DNA of 64,000 nt, from NCBI GenBank assembly GCA_013416795.1, contig RQSC01000021.1, positions 62,001-126,000 of the forward strand, in the 5' to 3' direction. Below the pieces are notes generated by a model. The model made no database searches. It was not told where the DNA came from and saw nothing but the letters and a program-made list of their open reading frames with translations. Position numbers and translations under genes: made by a program. Shown here one piece after another: positions 22,264 to 33,947 of this stretch; positions within the stretch are counted from its first letter, which is position 1, and each line of letters opens with the position of its first letter. Source of the stretch: Prasinococcaceae sp. CCMP 1430. Taxonomy: Eukaryota; Plantae; Prasinodermophyta.

Positions 22264-24372
22264 ATGGATCCCTCAAAGCCGGCCGCAGGGGTCGATTCTA
22301 CACCGCGCAAGCGCACGGTGGGCTTTGCCGTTGGTGGCGGAGCACCCGCCGCCGACCCGGGCGCCGGCACAGCGGCCGCTGACGCGCCCGCGGCGCAGCA
22401 GGCGCTCTTTGGGGCCGCGGCTGCGGTGACGCCGACCACGACGCCGTCCAAGCTCGTCGCGCCGATCGACGAGCTCAATGCGGCGGGTGGGTCGGGGTTC
22501 GGCGCGCCCCCGAAGCACAGCGAACCCGTCGAGATCGCGGATATCCCGGCCGCAGTCGTCGCGCATGCAGCGCAGGCGCGAAGCGGGGACACCGACGGGG
22601 ACGAGTCGCTGGGGCTTTCAATGTCGTCGTCGCAGCCATCCACCTCCTTCGTTGGGAGCTTCCGGGAGATGAGCCTCGACACCCGCATCAACACGCCGCC
22701 CGTGGGTGGGCCCTCTGCGCTCGAGGCGGTGTCGCCCCCGAAGGAGCCAGCGGAAGGCGCCGCAGCTGTGGCGGCTGCTGTGGCGGTGGCAGATGTCGCG
22801 ACCGCGCCTGTGGCGGCACCAGCGCCCGCGCCCGTGCCCACGGCAGCGCCTGTGGTAGCCCCTGCGCCCGCGCCGGGGCCCGACGCGCAGGCCGGCGGCA
22901 AGCAGGGGAAGCAGGGCAAGAAGGAGAAGAAGGAGAAGAAGGTAAAGGAGGTTCGGCTGCCGGAGGGCGGCATCGTGCCCAAGCCCAAGCTCACCAAGGC
23001 GGAGCGTCGCGCGATGCAGGAGGCTCAGCGTGCCGCCAAGGCGGCGCGGCTCGCTGGCGAGGACGGCGGTGGCAAGGGCAGCGGCGGCAAGGGCGGCGGC
23101 AGCGGCGGCAGCGGTTCGGGCGCAGGCGGTGCGGGTGGCAGTGGCGGGGGCAAGGCGGCGGGTGGCGGGCACGACGCGGACAAAAAGGCGCAGCGCCCCT
23201 CGATTCAGCAGCAGCATGACGTAGCGAAGAAGGGTGGCTCCAAGTCAAGCGCCATCGAGCGACCCGAGAGTGCGAAGCAGATCGCGCTGTTCGCGCACCT
23301 GCCCCAATACGAGGCGGCGGCGCTGCGCGCGTCGCTGCTTGCTGCCGGTTTCGCGCCGTCGTCGAACCTGCACCCCGCCGTGGTGAAGCTCGGGCTGCAA
23401 TTCTCTCAGGGGCTACTGACGGGTGCCAACCAGCGCAGCGAGGCCATGCTGGAGGTCTTCAAGCAGCTCGTGCGCGACTACCACACACCCAAGGCGAAGA
23501 CGCTGGCGCGCGACCTGTCCACCCGGCTGAAGCACTCCATCGACTTCCTGTCCGCGTGCCGGCCGCTGAGCGTGAGCATGGGCAACGCCATCAAGTATGT
23601 GAAGAAGCTGGTTGTGAATTCACCGCTCGGCCTGCCCGAGTCTGAGGCGAAGAGCGAGCTCGTGGCCTCTATTGACTGGTTCCTCACCGAGAAGATCCAG
23701 CTTGCGCGGCGGGCGGTGGTTGAGGCGGCGCTCACCAAAATCCGTGACGGCGACGTTCTGCTCACATTTGCGTGGGCTGACAGCGTGGAGGAGATCTTCG
23801 TTGCGGCCAAGGAGAGCGGGCGCTGCTTCCGCGTGGTGCTCGTCGACAGCTCGCCCAAGCTCGAGTGCCAGGAGCTCACCAAGCGCCTGGTTGCTCGCGG
23901 CCTCAAAGTGACGTACTGCCACCTGACCGCCGTTTCCTACATCATGCGCGAGGTCACAAAGGTGTTCATCGGCGCGTCGTACGTGTGCGCTAACGGCACC
24001 GTGGTGGGGCGCAACGGCGCGGCGGCGGTGGCGATGGTCGCCAAGTGCAACAGGGTGCCTGTGATGGTGTGTTGCGAGACGTACAAGTTCAGCGAACGCG
24101 TGCAGCTCGACGCCATCACCTCCAACGAGCTCGCCAACCCTGACGACCTGGCCGACATGGTCCTGGGCATAGACGCCGGCAGCAGCAAGAAGGCCGACAA
24201 GAAGTACAGCTTGCGCGAGGAGAACGGCGCAAGCGGCGACAAGCTGCGTCTACTCAATCTCTCGTACGATGCCATGCCGCCCGAGTTCTGCACCATGATC
24301 ATCACAGAGCTTGGAATGCTGCCCGCGTCGGCTGTGCCGGCGGTGCTGCGAGAGGCTGTGATGGCTGGCTGA
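22264..24372 (+). CDS. EIF2B4: Translation initiation factor eIF2B subunit delta (702 aa)
   Basis: CRPLSVSMGNAIKYVK, FRVVLVDSSP.LE, CETYKFSERVQLD.I..NEL, LRLLNL.YD..P.EF...IITELG.LP..AVP.VLRE. Confidence 0.93.
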   Translation: MDPSKPAAGVDSTPRKRTVGFAVGGGAPAADPGAGTAAADAPAAQQALFGAAAAVTPTTTPSKLVAPIDELNAAGGSGFGAPPKHSEPVEIADIPAAVVAHAAQARSGDTDGDESLGLSMSSSQPSTSFVGSFREMSLDTRINTPPVGGPSALEAVSPPKEPAEGAAAVAAAVAVADVATAPVAAPAPAPVPTAAPVVAPAPAPGPDAQAGGKQGKQGKKEKKEKKVKEVRLPEGGIVPKPKLTKAERRAMQEAQRAAKAARLAGEDGGGKGSGGKGGGSGGSGSGAGGAGGSGGGKAAGGGHDADKKAQRPSIQQQHDVAKKGGSKSSAIERPESAKQIALFAHLPQYEAAALRASLLAAGFAPSSNLHPAVVKLGLQFSQGLLTGANQRSEAMLEVFKQLVRDYHTPKAKTLARDLSTRLKHSIDFLSACRPLSVSMGNAIKYVKKLVVNSPLGLPESEAKSELVASIDWFLTEKIQLARRAVVEAALTKIRDGDVLLTFAWADSVEEIFVAAKESGRCFRVVLVDSSPKLECQELTKRLVARGLKVTYCHLTAVSYIMREVTKVFIGASYVCANGTVVGRNGAAAVAMVAKCNRVPVMVCCETYKFSERVQLDAITSNELANPDDLADMVLGIDAGSSKKADKKYSLREENGASGDKLRLLNLSYDAMPPEFCTMIITELGMLPASAVPAVLREAVMAG

Positions 24373-24460
24373 GCTATGTGCCATTTGTAACTGTGAGTGC
24401 CTTGCCACGAAAGCGTCCCCGTCCGCGCGCGCGCGCGCGCGCGTAGCGCGGCGTGCGCCC

Positions 24461-24461
<1 letters not shown>

Positions 24462-24501
<40 letters not shown>
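24462..24501. repeat. (AG)n microsatellite, preceded by a (CG)n tract near 24424-24443
   Basis: Direct inspection; lies between the convergent 3' ends of eIF2B-delta and RPT2. Confidence 0.95.
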
Positions 24502-24505
<4 letters not shown>

Positions 24506-24539
24506 GGTGTTTTACGGCCACGCGCACCGAGGGCGGGTC

Positions 24540-25874
24540 CTACAAGAACATGCCCTCTGGGTGGCCCTCCTTCTTCTTGTACTGAACATTATCCCGCGCC
24601 TTCTTGAAGTCCTCCTGTGTCACGCGCATCCGGCGCTCGCGCAGCGCCAGCAGCCCCGCCTCCGTGCAGATCGCCTTGATGTCGGCGCCGCTCAGCTCGT
24701 CCTTGGAAAGGACGAATTCCTCAAGGTTGACGTCATCGCCCAGGTTCATCTTGCCGGTGTGGATGCCGAAGATGCGCCGCTTGGTGGCAATGTTTGGCAG
24801 CGGGAACTCGATCTTGCGGTCGATGCGGCCAGGGCGCAGCAGGGCGGGGTCGAGGGACTCGATCTTGTTTGTCGCCATGATGACCTTGACATCGCCACGG
24901 TTGTCGAAGCCATCCATCTGGTTGAGGAGCTCGAGCATGGTGCGCTGGATCTCGCGCTCGCCGCCGCTGGTGCTGTCGTAGCGCTTGGTGCCGACGGCAT
25001 CGATCTCGTCGATGAAGACGATCGACGGCGAGTTCTCCTCGGCGACGCGGAAGAGCTCACGCACGAGCTTGGGCCCATCGCCAAGGTATTTCTGAATGAG
25101 CTCCGAGCCGACCACGCGCAGGAAGGTGGCGCTCGTCGAATTCGCCACGGCCTTGGCGAGCAGCGTCTTGCCGGTGCCCGGCTCCCCGTACAGAATGACG
25201 CCCTTGGGAGGCTTGACGCCAATGTCCTCGTACAGCTCCGGGTGCGTCAGCGGCAGCTCGACGGCCTCCTTGATCTCCTGAATCTGCGTCTCCAGCCCAC
25301 CCACATCGGCGTAGCTCTCCAGCGGCGCCTTCTCCACTTTCATCACCGACACCATGGGGTCCACGTCGTCACCCAGCAGGCCCACCACAGACATGACCTT
25401 GTTGTGCAGGAGCACGCTGCATCCCGGCTCGAGCAGGTCCTTGTCCACGAAGGACAGGATGTTAACGTAGTACTCGGGCCCGACGCTGCTGCTCACGATG
25501 GCGTGGTTCTCGTCGATGATCTCCTCGAGCGAGCCGACCGACATGGGCGAGCCGCGCAGGTCGTCGACCTTGCTGCGGTCCTCCTCATTGCGCTCGTCCT
25601 GCGGCTTGAGGCGCTCCTGGTTGGCCACAAACTCCTCCTCCATCAGCAAGTAGTCCTTGATGCGCTCGAGCTTGAGTAGCCTCAGCTTGCACTTAGCGTT
25701 GGGCGTCACCGCGGGCAGCTTGCTCGCCGCGTCTGCGCCCTTTTGCTTGCTCTTCTTGCGACCGACGCGCGTCGTCTGCGGCGGGCGCTCGAACTTCTTC
25801 TTCTCCTTCTTGGCATCCTTCTTGCCAGGCGGGCCGCCGCCGGCGCCGCCGAGCCCGCTCTGCCCTTGGCCCAT
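24540..25874 (-). CDS. RPT2: 26S proteasome AAA-ATPase regulatory subunit 4 (RPT2), 444 aa, intronless
   Basis: ATG at 25874 (MGQGQS, myristoylation-type start). [21 protein letters not shown], Walker A GEPGTGKT, Walker [26 protein letters not shown]. Confidence 0.98.
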   Translation of the reverse strand: MGQGQSGLGGAGGGPPGKKDAKKEKKKFERPPQTTRVGRKKSKQKGADAASKLPAVTPNAKCKLRLLKLERIKDYLLMEEEFVANQERLKPQDERNEEDRSKVDDLRGSPMSVGSLEEIIDENHAIVSSSVGPEYYVNILSFVDKDLLEPGCSVLLHNKVMSVVGLLGDDVDPMVSVMKVEKAPLESYADVGGLETQIQEIKEAVELPLTHPELYEDIGVKPPKGVILYGEPGTGKTLLAKAVANSTSATFLRVVGSELIQKYLGDGPKLVRELFRVAEENSPSIVFIDEIDAVGTKRYDSTSGGEREIQRTMLELLNQMDGFDNRGDVKVIMATNKIESLDPALLRPGRIDRKIEFPLPNIATKRRIFGIHTGKMNLGDDVNLEEFVLSKDELSGADIKAICTEAGLLALRERRMRVTQEDFKKARDNVQYKKKEGHPEGMFL

Positions 25875-27298
25875 CGCCGCTGCTTCCGCTAGCTGCCTCT
25901 CCCCCCCCCTGCGGCTCAGCCCCCTGCACGCACCGACCCCCGTCGGTCCGCCCGCCCGCCCGCCGGGCGCGGTCGCCGGCCGCGCGCAGTGTGGCGCAGC
26001 AGCGCGCAGATCGGCGCGCGATTTACGGAACGCACGTGCGAGAACCCACTGTGTCCCATCTTGAATTCGTTCTGATACCATTCGACGGAAATGGAGGGGC
26101 GAAATATTCCGCACGAAAATGCCGCACTTGGGCAGTGCCCGTAATTGCTGTTAAGGATATGGACCCTACCATAAAATTACAGTAAACCCCAAAATCGTAA
26201 CCCAAACGCTTTCAAACGCGAAGGGGCGCACGGCGGGCGAAGCGGCACGCGCGGCTGTCCGCGCGCTTGGGAGAGCGGGATGGTGTGGAGAGGGTGGGCA
26301 TCCGTGTGAGCTGTCGACGCACGCGGCAGTCGGCGGGCGACGGCCACGGCGTCCGCTCGGGTGCGTGGGGCTTCGTGCGCAGAGGGAGGTTGGAAGTGCG
26401 GGGCGCGCGTGGCAACATCGTGCGGGGCGGGGGAGCGCTGAGGCTGCGGCGCCACTGCGCGCGGCGTGCGCCGCGCGACGCCGGACCGGGCCTGTGCGAC
26501 GGAGACTGTCGTCGGCGCCGCTCGCGCTAGGCGCGCGGCTGGCGTCGCGATCGCGCGGCGCGGGCGCGGCCGGTGTGGCGCCACGCCGCCGTCCCTCTCC
26601 TATTGAGACGACGGGAGGCGCGCGGGTGGCCTGTGTGGGAGGAGGGGTCGGGGGGGGGCACCTGCGTGGGTGCGCGCGCCGGGGCCGCGTGTTTTGTAAA
26701 TGCGCGCGCGCGCGCGCGCGCGGCCGCGGGTGCGTTTTGATGGCTCCGAGATCTACATGTGCAGGATCCGGCGCGGCCCGCGCCCGGGCCCGGCTCGCCG
26801 GCCGGCGCGCCCGCGTCGCAAAACCCGAACTCCCTCCGCGGCGCGAGCGTGCGCGCGGAAGAATTGCCAGAGACCTCTCACAACACGCAGAAAGAAACCC
26901 TACGAGCGTCATGACCTGAAATGGCGCGCCCATCGCGGACGGCATGTCATCGTGCATCAACAAGCGCTGAGGTTTTCCTTCGTCCAGTTTGTTTACCGTC
27001 GTGGCGGTGCAGGGTACCGTACGCGTGCCCAAGCACCGTCGATGGTACCCCGGCCGGGGATTGGATTTTCGCGCGGTGAGGGCGCCGCTGCCGCTCCGGC
27101 GCGGCCTGCCGGCGGGCTGTTGGTGTTGGTGCCCCCGACTGTGTCTTTGTCTTTGTCTCTTCGTTTTGGGCGCGCGCGGCGTGCGGAAGCGCTGGAGCAG
27201 GCGCGGCGTGCGCGCGCGCGAGGGCAAGGCGCGGGCGGTGTGTGGGGTCGGCGGAAAACTGGGCGGAGGGCTTGGCGGTGGAGGGCTCGGCGGGAGGC

Positions 27299-29252
27299 AC
27301 GCGCGGGCGTGCGGCCGCCACGCTCGCCGCAGCGGTGCTCGTGGCGGTGGCGCCGCTCGCGCGCGCCGATGAGTACGATCACAGGTACACCATCGGCGAC
27401 CCGGTGAACTTGTGGGTGAACAAGGTGCGCTCAGACGACGGGCGGAGGCGTTGCGCTACGCGCGGGCGCCTGCGGGGGGGGGCGCGCGGCGACTCGGTGC
27501 TGGCGTCAGGCGCCCCACGCGCGCGCGCGCGAGCGGGCGCATGCACCAGCGCAGCTGACGCTCGCGCACGGCGCAATCCTGCAGGTGGGGCCATACAACA
27601 ACCCCCAGGAGACGTACAACTATTATGAGCTTCCGTTCTGCAAGCCCAAGGCTGATGAGCCCAAGGTTCACAAGTGGGGTGGCCTCGGCGAGGTGCTGCA
27701 GGGCAACGAGCTCATCCACTCGGACCTGGAGTTCAAATTCCGCATGGACGTGCCGAAGCGCCCCATATGCCAGTCGCAACTCGACACGAAGAAGGTGACG
27801 GAGTTCGGCTATGCGATCCGCAACCACTACTGGTACGAGATGTTCGTTGATGACCTTCCGCTGTGGGGATTCGTGGGCGAGCGCGTGTCGCTGGACGAGG
27901 ACGAACAGGAGGACGGCGCGGCGAAGGGCGAGGTTGAGACATTCATCTACACGCACAAAACCTTCGACATCAGCTACAACGGCGACAAGATAATCATGGT
28001 GAACCTCACCAGCGAGGCCCCGGTTCCGCTTGAAGAGGGCACGCCGCTCGACTTCACGTACTCGGTGACGTGGTCGCCCACCGACATCAAGTACGGGCAC
28101 CGCTACAACCGCTACCTCGACTACAACTTCTTTGAGCACCAGATCCACTGGTTCTCGATCTTCAACTCGTTCATGATGGTCATCTTCCTTGTCGGCCTGG
28201 TGTCGATGATCCTGATGCGCACGCTCAACAAAGACTACGCAAAGTACTCGGCCGACGACGATGACCTCGAGGCCTTGGAGCGCGACGTGGAGGAGTCGGG
28301 CTGGAAGCTCGTGCACGGCGACGTATTCCGGTCGCCGCGCGCGCTCGAGCTCATGTGCGCCATCGTCGGCACTGGCGCGCAGCTGTCGCTGCTATGCGTG
28401 GCCGTGGTGCTGATCGCCATCGCCGGCTCGCTCTTCAACGGCCGCGGCACCATCCTGACTGTGTTCATCGTGTGCTACGCGCTCACCTCGTTCGTGTCGG
28501 GCTACGTGTCGGGCGGCATGTACGCGCGCAACGACGGCAAGGCGTGGATTCCCACGATGCTGCTCACGGCGTCGCTCTTCCCCGTCTCCACCTTCGCTGT
28601 GTCGTTCGTGCTGAACACCATCGCCATCTTCTACCACTCGCTTGCGGCCATCCCCTTCGGCTCGATCGTGGTCGTGCTCTTCATGTGGGGCTTCATCTCG
28701 TTCCCGCTCACGCTGCTAGGCACCGTCGTCGGCCGCAACTGGAACGGAGTGCCGGACAACCCGTGCCGCGTGAAGACCATCCCCCGCAACATCCCTGAGA
28801 AGGAGTGGTACATGACGCCGACGGTGATCGCGCTGGCAGGCGGTCTGCTGCCGTTCGGATCGATCTTCATCGAGCTGTACTTTATCCTCACGTCCTTCTG
28901 GAACTACAAGGTGTACTTCGTGTACGGCTTCATGCTGCTGGTGTTTATCATCCTTGCCATCGTCACCGCGTGCGTGTCCGTCGTGGGCACCTACTTCCTG
29001 CTCAACGCGGAGAACTATCACTGGCAGTGGACCTCGCTGCTGTCATCGGCCTCCACGGCGGTGTACGTGTACCTGTACTCCACGTACTACTTCGTGGCGA
29101 AGACCAAGATGACGGGCCTATTTCAGTGCTCCTTCTATTTTGGGTATACCGCCATCGCCTGCCTGGCGGTCGCGCTCACCTGCGGCGCGATCGGGTACTT
29201 CGCGAGCTCGGCCTTCGTGCGCCGCATCTTCCGCAACATCAAGGTCGATTAG
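27299..29252 (+). CDS. TMN1: Transmembrane 9 superfamily protein (TMN1/TM9SF3 type), 2 exons; start codon unresolved (ACG at 27299 proposed)
   Basis: Exon to 27424, intron 27425-27584 (GTGCGC...CTGCAG), exon 27585-29252. Junction gives WVNK-VGPYNNPQETYNYY. HWFSIFNSFMMVIFL, ESGWKLVHGDVFR, nine TMs and C-terminal RIFRNIKVD are present. Confidence 0.93.
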
Positions 29253-29802
29253 GGCCATGCTGTCCGCGAGGGCTCGCTCGATGTGCCGAGCAGGTTCTGT
29301 ACACAAGTCGGAGGCGCTCCCTCCAACGAACTCAATAAATGAACGACCGTTGTCGTGACACAAAATGCCTTCGTGCATTACCAGTACACGTGGGCGCGCA
29401 CGCGCCCCGCCTTTCCGCTACCTAGCTCCAGCAGAGCGACAGCCCACCCGCAGCGGCGTCGCCGCCGCCAATCCAGGCCTCGAATGGGGCGCGCGTGTGC
29501 GCGTGGCCGGGGGAAGGTGACACCCATGCGTGCGCGTGATTCGAGCGCAGCCACCCTTGGCCTGCTCATGTGCCCTCATCGCCTTCTGCGAAAGAGTGCA
29601 GGGACAGCTGGACGCGCAGTCGCCGCAACGCTGCCATGCCGCGTGAGGTGAGGCCTGTGGACACCAGCGCATTGGCCTGCCGCCCGCCCGTCGCGCCGCT
29701 TCCTCCGCCCCCTGTCCGGCCGCTGCCGCCCCCTGTCCGCCCGCCACCGCCCCCAGAACGGCCGCCGCCCGCGCGCGTGCGCGCCCCGTAGGAAGTGGAT
29801 AA

Positions 29803-29810
29803 ACACACAC

Positions 29811-29862
<52 letters not shown>
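29803..29862. repeat. (AC)n microsatellite
   Basis: Direct inspection; one G interruption. Confidence 0.95.
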
Positions 29863-29865
<3 letters not shown>

Positions 29866-30418
29866 GCGCGCTTTGCAGCGCGCCGCGCCCGCGTCGCCTG
29901 CCCTCGGAGGCGCCACCGGGGCCTCCGCTGCCGCTGCTGTACCCGCCTGTCCGGCCGCCACGCGCGCTGAAGCCCTCCGTCGCCGCCCCAACAGGAGCCC
30001 CACCAGGCCTTCCGCTGGCTCCCGCGCCACCCGCGCCGCCGCCGCGTGCACCCGCACCGCCCACGCCGCTGCCTCGCGCGGTCGCGGCCGCCCAGCAGCG
30101 CGCAGCCCTCCTGCCTACGCGTGTATACCGGTACATGTCTCCTCCTCTTACTGCGCCCCCCCCCCCCCGCCTCCCCGCTCCCCAGCCCTGGCAGTGGATC
30201 ACCTGCCCCACGCTTGGGAGCCGTGCGCCCCGCGGGTGCGGCGCTGTGTGACACAAGGGCACACACTTCCTTCTTCTTCGCGTTTCGGCGCGTACAGCGA
30301 GGGTGGATGTTCGCAAGCGGTGCCGGTGGTCACTCTGGGCGCACAGGGAGGGCACTGCGCCCTGCGGCTGCGCGACCGGGCGACGTGCGGGCTTGAGGGC
30401 GGAAGGAGGGGTAGAGCC

Positions 30419-31201
30419 ATGGACGGATGGGACGCGGGCACGCGCGATGCCGTCAAGCGCATTCCGCTGTTGACCGTCAAAGCCGGACCGCGCGATGGCG
30501 AGCAGTGGACCGAGCGCCTCAAGCAGGAGATGAAGGCGGTGCGTTGCACAGCGGGCGCGGCGAGCGGCTCAGGCCAAGCCGGCGTCCGGCCCGCGCTTCG
30601 CGTGGCCATGTGTCGTGTGCCGTCGTGATGTGCGCCGCCGCGCCTGCTGGCAGCCGCACTGCTCGGCTGACCACCGCCGTCACCGCGGCCGTGCGTGTGC
30701 TCTCGCTCGCTTGCTCGTTCGCCCCGCAGCTCATCTCTTACGTGCAGTCCAACAAGGCAGCGGACACAGACTGGTTCACCCTGTCGCCGGCAAACAAGGA
30801 GGGGACAAAGTGGGTGGGTAAGTGCTGGTATGTGCACAACCTGCTCAAGTACGAGTTCGATCTCGAGTTCGAGCTGCCGGTGACGTACCCGATGACGTCG
30901 CCCGAGCTGCAACTGCCGGAGCTCGACGGCAAGACCGCCAAAATGTACAGGGGAGGGAAGATCTGCCTCACAATACACTTCAAGCCGGTGCGTGTGCTCG
31001 CCCCATAGAAGAGCGTAGTCCCGCGCGCGCGCGCTCATGCCACATTGTTCTGACGTGTGCGCGCGCGTGACCTCGCAGCTCTGGGCGAAGAATGCGCCCC
31101 ACTTTGGCATCGCGCACGCGCTGTGTCTGGGCCTCGGCCCGTGGCTCGCCGCTGAGATCCCGCACATGGTCGAGACCGGCGCGATCACTCACAAGGGCTG
31201 A
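30419..31201 (+). CDS. UFC1: Ubiquitin-fold modifier 1 conjugating enzyme (166 aa), 3 exons
   Basis: Exons 30419-30538, 30730-30987, 31079-31201; both introns GTGCGT...[53 protein letters not shown]. Confidence 0.97.
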
Positions 31202-31263
31202 CGCTCGCATTAAACAGCCCCATGCTTGAGGCATGCTTGAGGTATTACACGCTACGCTGTTAT

Positions 31264-32641
31264 TCACGGCACGAACTCGCTGGCGGTCGTCACCAGAGGC
31301 GACACGTCGTCAGCGTCGGTGTCAGATGCGACGAGCACAAGTGCGCCACGGAGCGCGCCGCTCTCCGCCACCGCATCTGCAAGCGCGCGCGCGTTGGGAT
31401 TGTCCCCAAGTCCGCACGTGCCATAGACGACACACACGCGCCTCCCGGGTACGCTGTCTATCTCCGCGCCCAGGTCGGCAAGTGTCGTCCTGGCCGATGC
31501 TGAGGGCTCGACGAGACAAGTGACGATTCCATGGCGCGCATATGCCGCTGCCGCGGCAGAGCGGATCGATTCCATCGCCCCAGGTCCGGTTGCCACGAGC
31601 AGGCGCGTGCGTCCCTCGGCGTCGCTCACGAGTGCATCAAATGCGGCCGCAAGTGTCCCGCCAGCGCTGTCGAGCGCCGCCTCTTCACTCTCGGATTGCC
31701 AGAGCGCCTGCTCGCGTCTCGTGGCATCGACGACGGCTTTTGCCTTCGTGTCCCACGCCCCAACGGGCGAACGGGCGAGCACGCCGGTACCGTGTCGCTC
31801 GTAGAACGCCTTCAGGTCGGGTTCCGCCTCGGACCATCTCCAGCGCTGCGACATGGACACGCAGAACGCCGCGCGCTCGCTCGCGCTGGCGGGCGTGACG
31901 GCCGCGCGCGCATCGCCATTCTTAGCGTCCGCAACACGCGCGCTGGAAGCGTTGCTGGGCGGGGGTACTGGTGCCGCCGCAGCATCTAGCCAGCCCTCCG
32001 GTCGCCCAGTTGGCCCCGCCTGGCTCTGCGCCCACTCTGCAGCGGTGCGACCAGACACGCACAACCTCTGCAGCGCATCCAAATCGGCCAGGACGGCGCC
32101 CTTCAGCGCCGCGCGTCGGACCTCATCGCCGCTGCTACACGCGGCGCCGTACGCATTGGCACCGTCGAGAACTGCGCCGATGATGTATTCCTCGAAGGTG
32201 CCCTCGCTGGCATCGGGCCGCGCTGACGCCAACAGGGAGCGGTAGTACGTCCCATAGGCGTCGAGCACGCGTGGCCCCTCGGCGGCCGTCGCGAGTGCCT
32301 GCAGCAAGGCAAGGAGCGCGGGCCCAGCCTGGCCCGCCTGGGCCGTGACCACGCTGGATAGTACCAGCAGCCCCTGCACACGCGCGATGGCGCGCGTCAG
32401 AACATGACTGAGCGTTCCGTGCGCGCGAGAGGAGGGCAGAGGGTGGCGCACGCACCGCCGCGTCCGCCAGCAGTGCCTGCGCCTGCCTGGGCACCGGTGC
32501 CGCGCCCTGCGGGTCGGTCGCGAAGCCCAACGCGCGTGGCGCGCCGCACGCGCGCCGGCGCGCGCGTGCGCTACCAGCCGGCCCCCGCAGGGCAGCCGAC
32601 CTCGTCTTCGCTCTCCCCACCGCGTGAGACGCCATCTTCAT
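31264..32641 (-). CDS. Plastid-targeted homologue of cyanobacterial DUF815-family AAA+ ATPase with degenerate Walker motifs (431 aa), 2 exons
   Basis: Exon 1 32456-32641 (A/R/S-rich, transit-peptide-like), intron 32374-32455, exon 2 31264-32373. LLALLQAL..LDAYG.YY..L, FEEYII..VLD..N.Y, DLDALQ.L and W......L..FY..HGTG..A recall the DUF815 N-terminal domain. Confidence 0.55.
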
Positions 32642-33079
32642 CGCCTCTCCCCTGCGCGGACAACGCCTTCCTCGCCGCGCTCTCTGTGGCGCGCGCCCGG
32701 CGCGCTGGTGCTCTCACGCGGCGCGCCGCGCGTCCACTCATCCTCCTCCCTCCTGCCTGCGCGCCATCAATTTCCATTCGATTTGTGCAGTACGTAGACC
32801 CTATTTCTGCGCGCGGTAAAACCCTTTATCCGGTTAGGAGCAGGCTGGGTTACCATCTGATGGTGCGTCGTTGCTCCGTGCTGGTCTCGGGGACTGCGCT
32901 GAGGGCTTGCGGCGGCTGCGCACTGCATCAGGCGCCACACCGCGGCCGCTCGCCAGCGAGGGCGGGGCAATGGCAGGGGGAAGTGTCCTGACGCGCTCGG
33001 CGCGTGGCTCGGCGGCCGTGGCAGGCCTGCCGCGCCGCGCGGCGGCCGCGCGGGAGCCGCCGCGGAACTTTATGAGATC

Positions 33080-33133
33080 ATGGCGAAACGGCGCGTCGAG
33101 CCGCTTCCGGAGCAGGGTGATGAGGGCGACGGC

Positions 33134-33164
<31 letters not shown>

Positions 33165-33676
33165 GCGAGCTCGCGCTTGCCGAGGCGCGCGGCGTGCAGC
33201 AGCTCGAGTTCGCTCTCTCGCCAGAGGGTGTCGCCTTGCAGCTCGAGGCTGCGGCGGACCTCGAGGAAAGCCTGCGTGCCTCGAGGCGCTCGTCCTTTGC
33301 GGCCGTCGCGGGGCGCGCGCCCGCCAACGCCGTGTTCGCACGACCAGCAGCCGCGCGCATCGTGGACCTGCTGCTCAGCATTGAGGACGGCGACGAGCTC
33401 GACCAAACCGTTACCGACGCACTGACGCCTCCTGATGACGCCGCAGAGGCCGACACAGTCGCGAGCGACGACGAGGACGCAGTGTGGACCACGCCCTTGC
33501 TGCTGCTGCAGGCTGTGGACGCGCGGCTACGCGAGGTGGAGGGTGGGGTGAGCTACAACGATCCCCGCGCACCGCAGCAAATTGGAGGGGGCGGCGGGGT
33601 TGCGCCAAAGCTGAAATCTATGCGCAAGGTTGTGCTCGCGCGATGCCCAGAACACGTGCGCGAGCTCGAGGGGTGA
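33080..33676 (+). CDS. Hypothetical protein resembling the C-terminal domain of chloroplast PRDA1; 5' end uncertain
   Basis: RIVDLLLSIED..LDQTVTDALTP...AVWTTPLLL aligns from memory with PRDA1 KILKYLLNI.DP.E..SALATAFSP...ALYTTPKEL. A possible upstream ATG-only exon at 32860-32862 is followed by GTGCGT. Confidence 0.45.
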
Positions 33677-33947
33677 TGCTGCGAGGCATCCGTGGGCGCT
33701 CGCTCGCCCGCTCCGTTGTAAATTAGGCATTCGTGTACACGCAGCTCGTGGAGCATGCACCCCATCGCCACTACTGGCGCTCGCAGGCATGCGCTTACTC
33801 GACGTCTGTCGCAGCACTCGTGCCGGCGCGATGCCGCAGCCGCGCGGCCCGCAGGACCGCCGACCGCTCTCCCGCCATGGCAGTCAAGATATGTTACGCG
33901 CCAAAGCGGCAAGTTACTGCGGCGGAGTCATGCGGCCAAGCTGCTAG

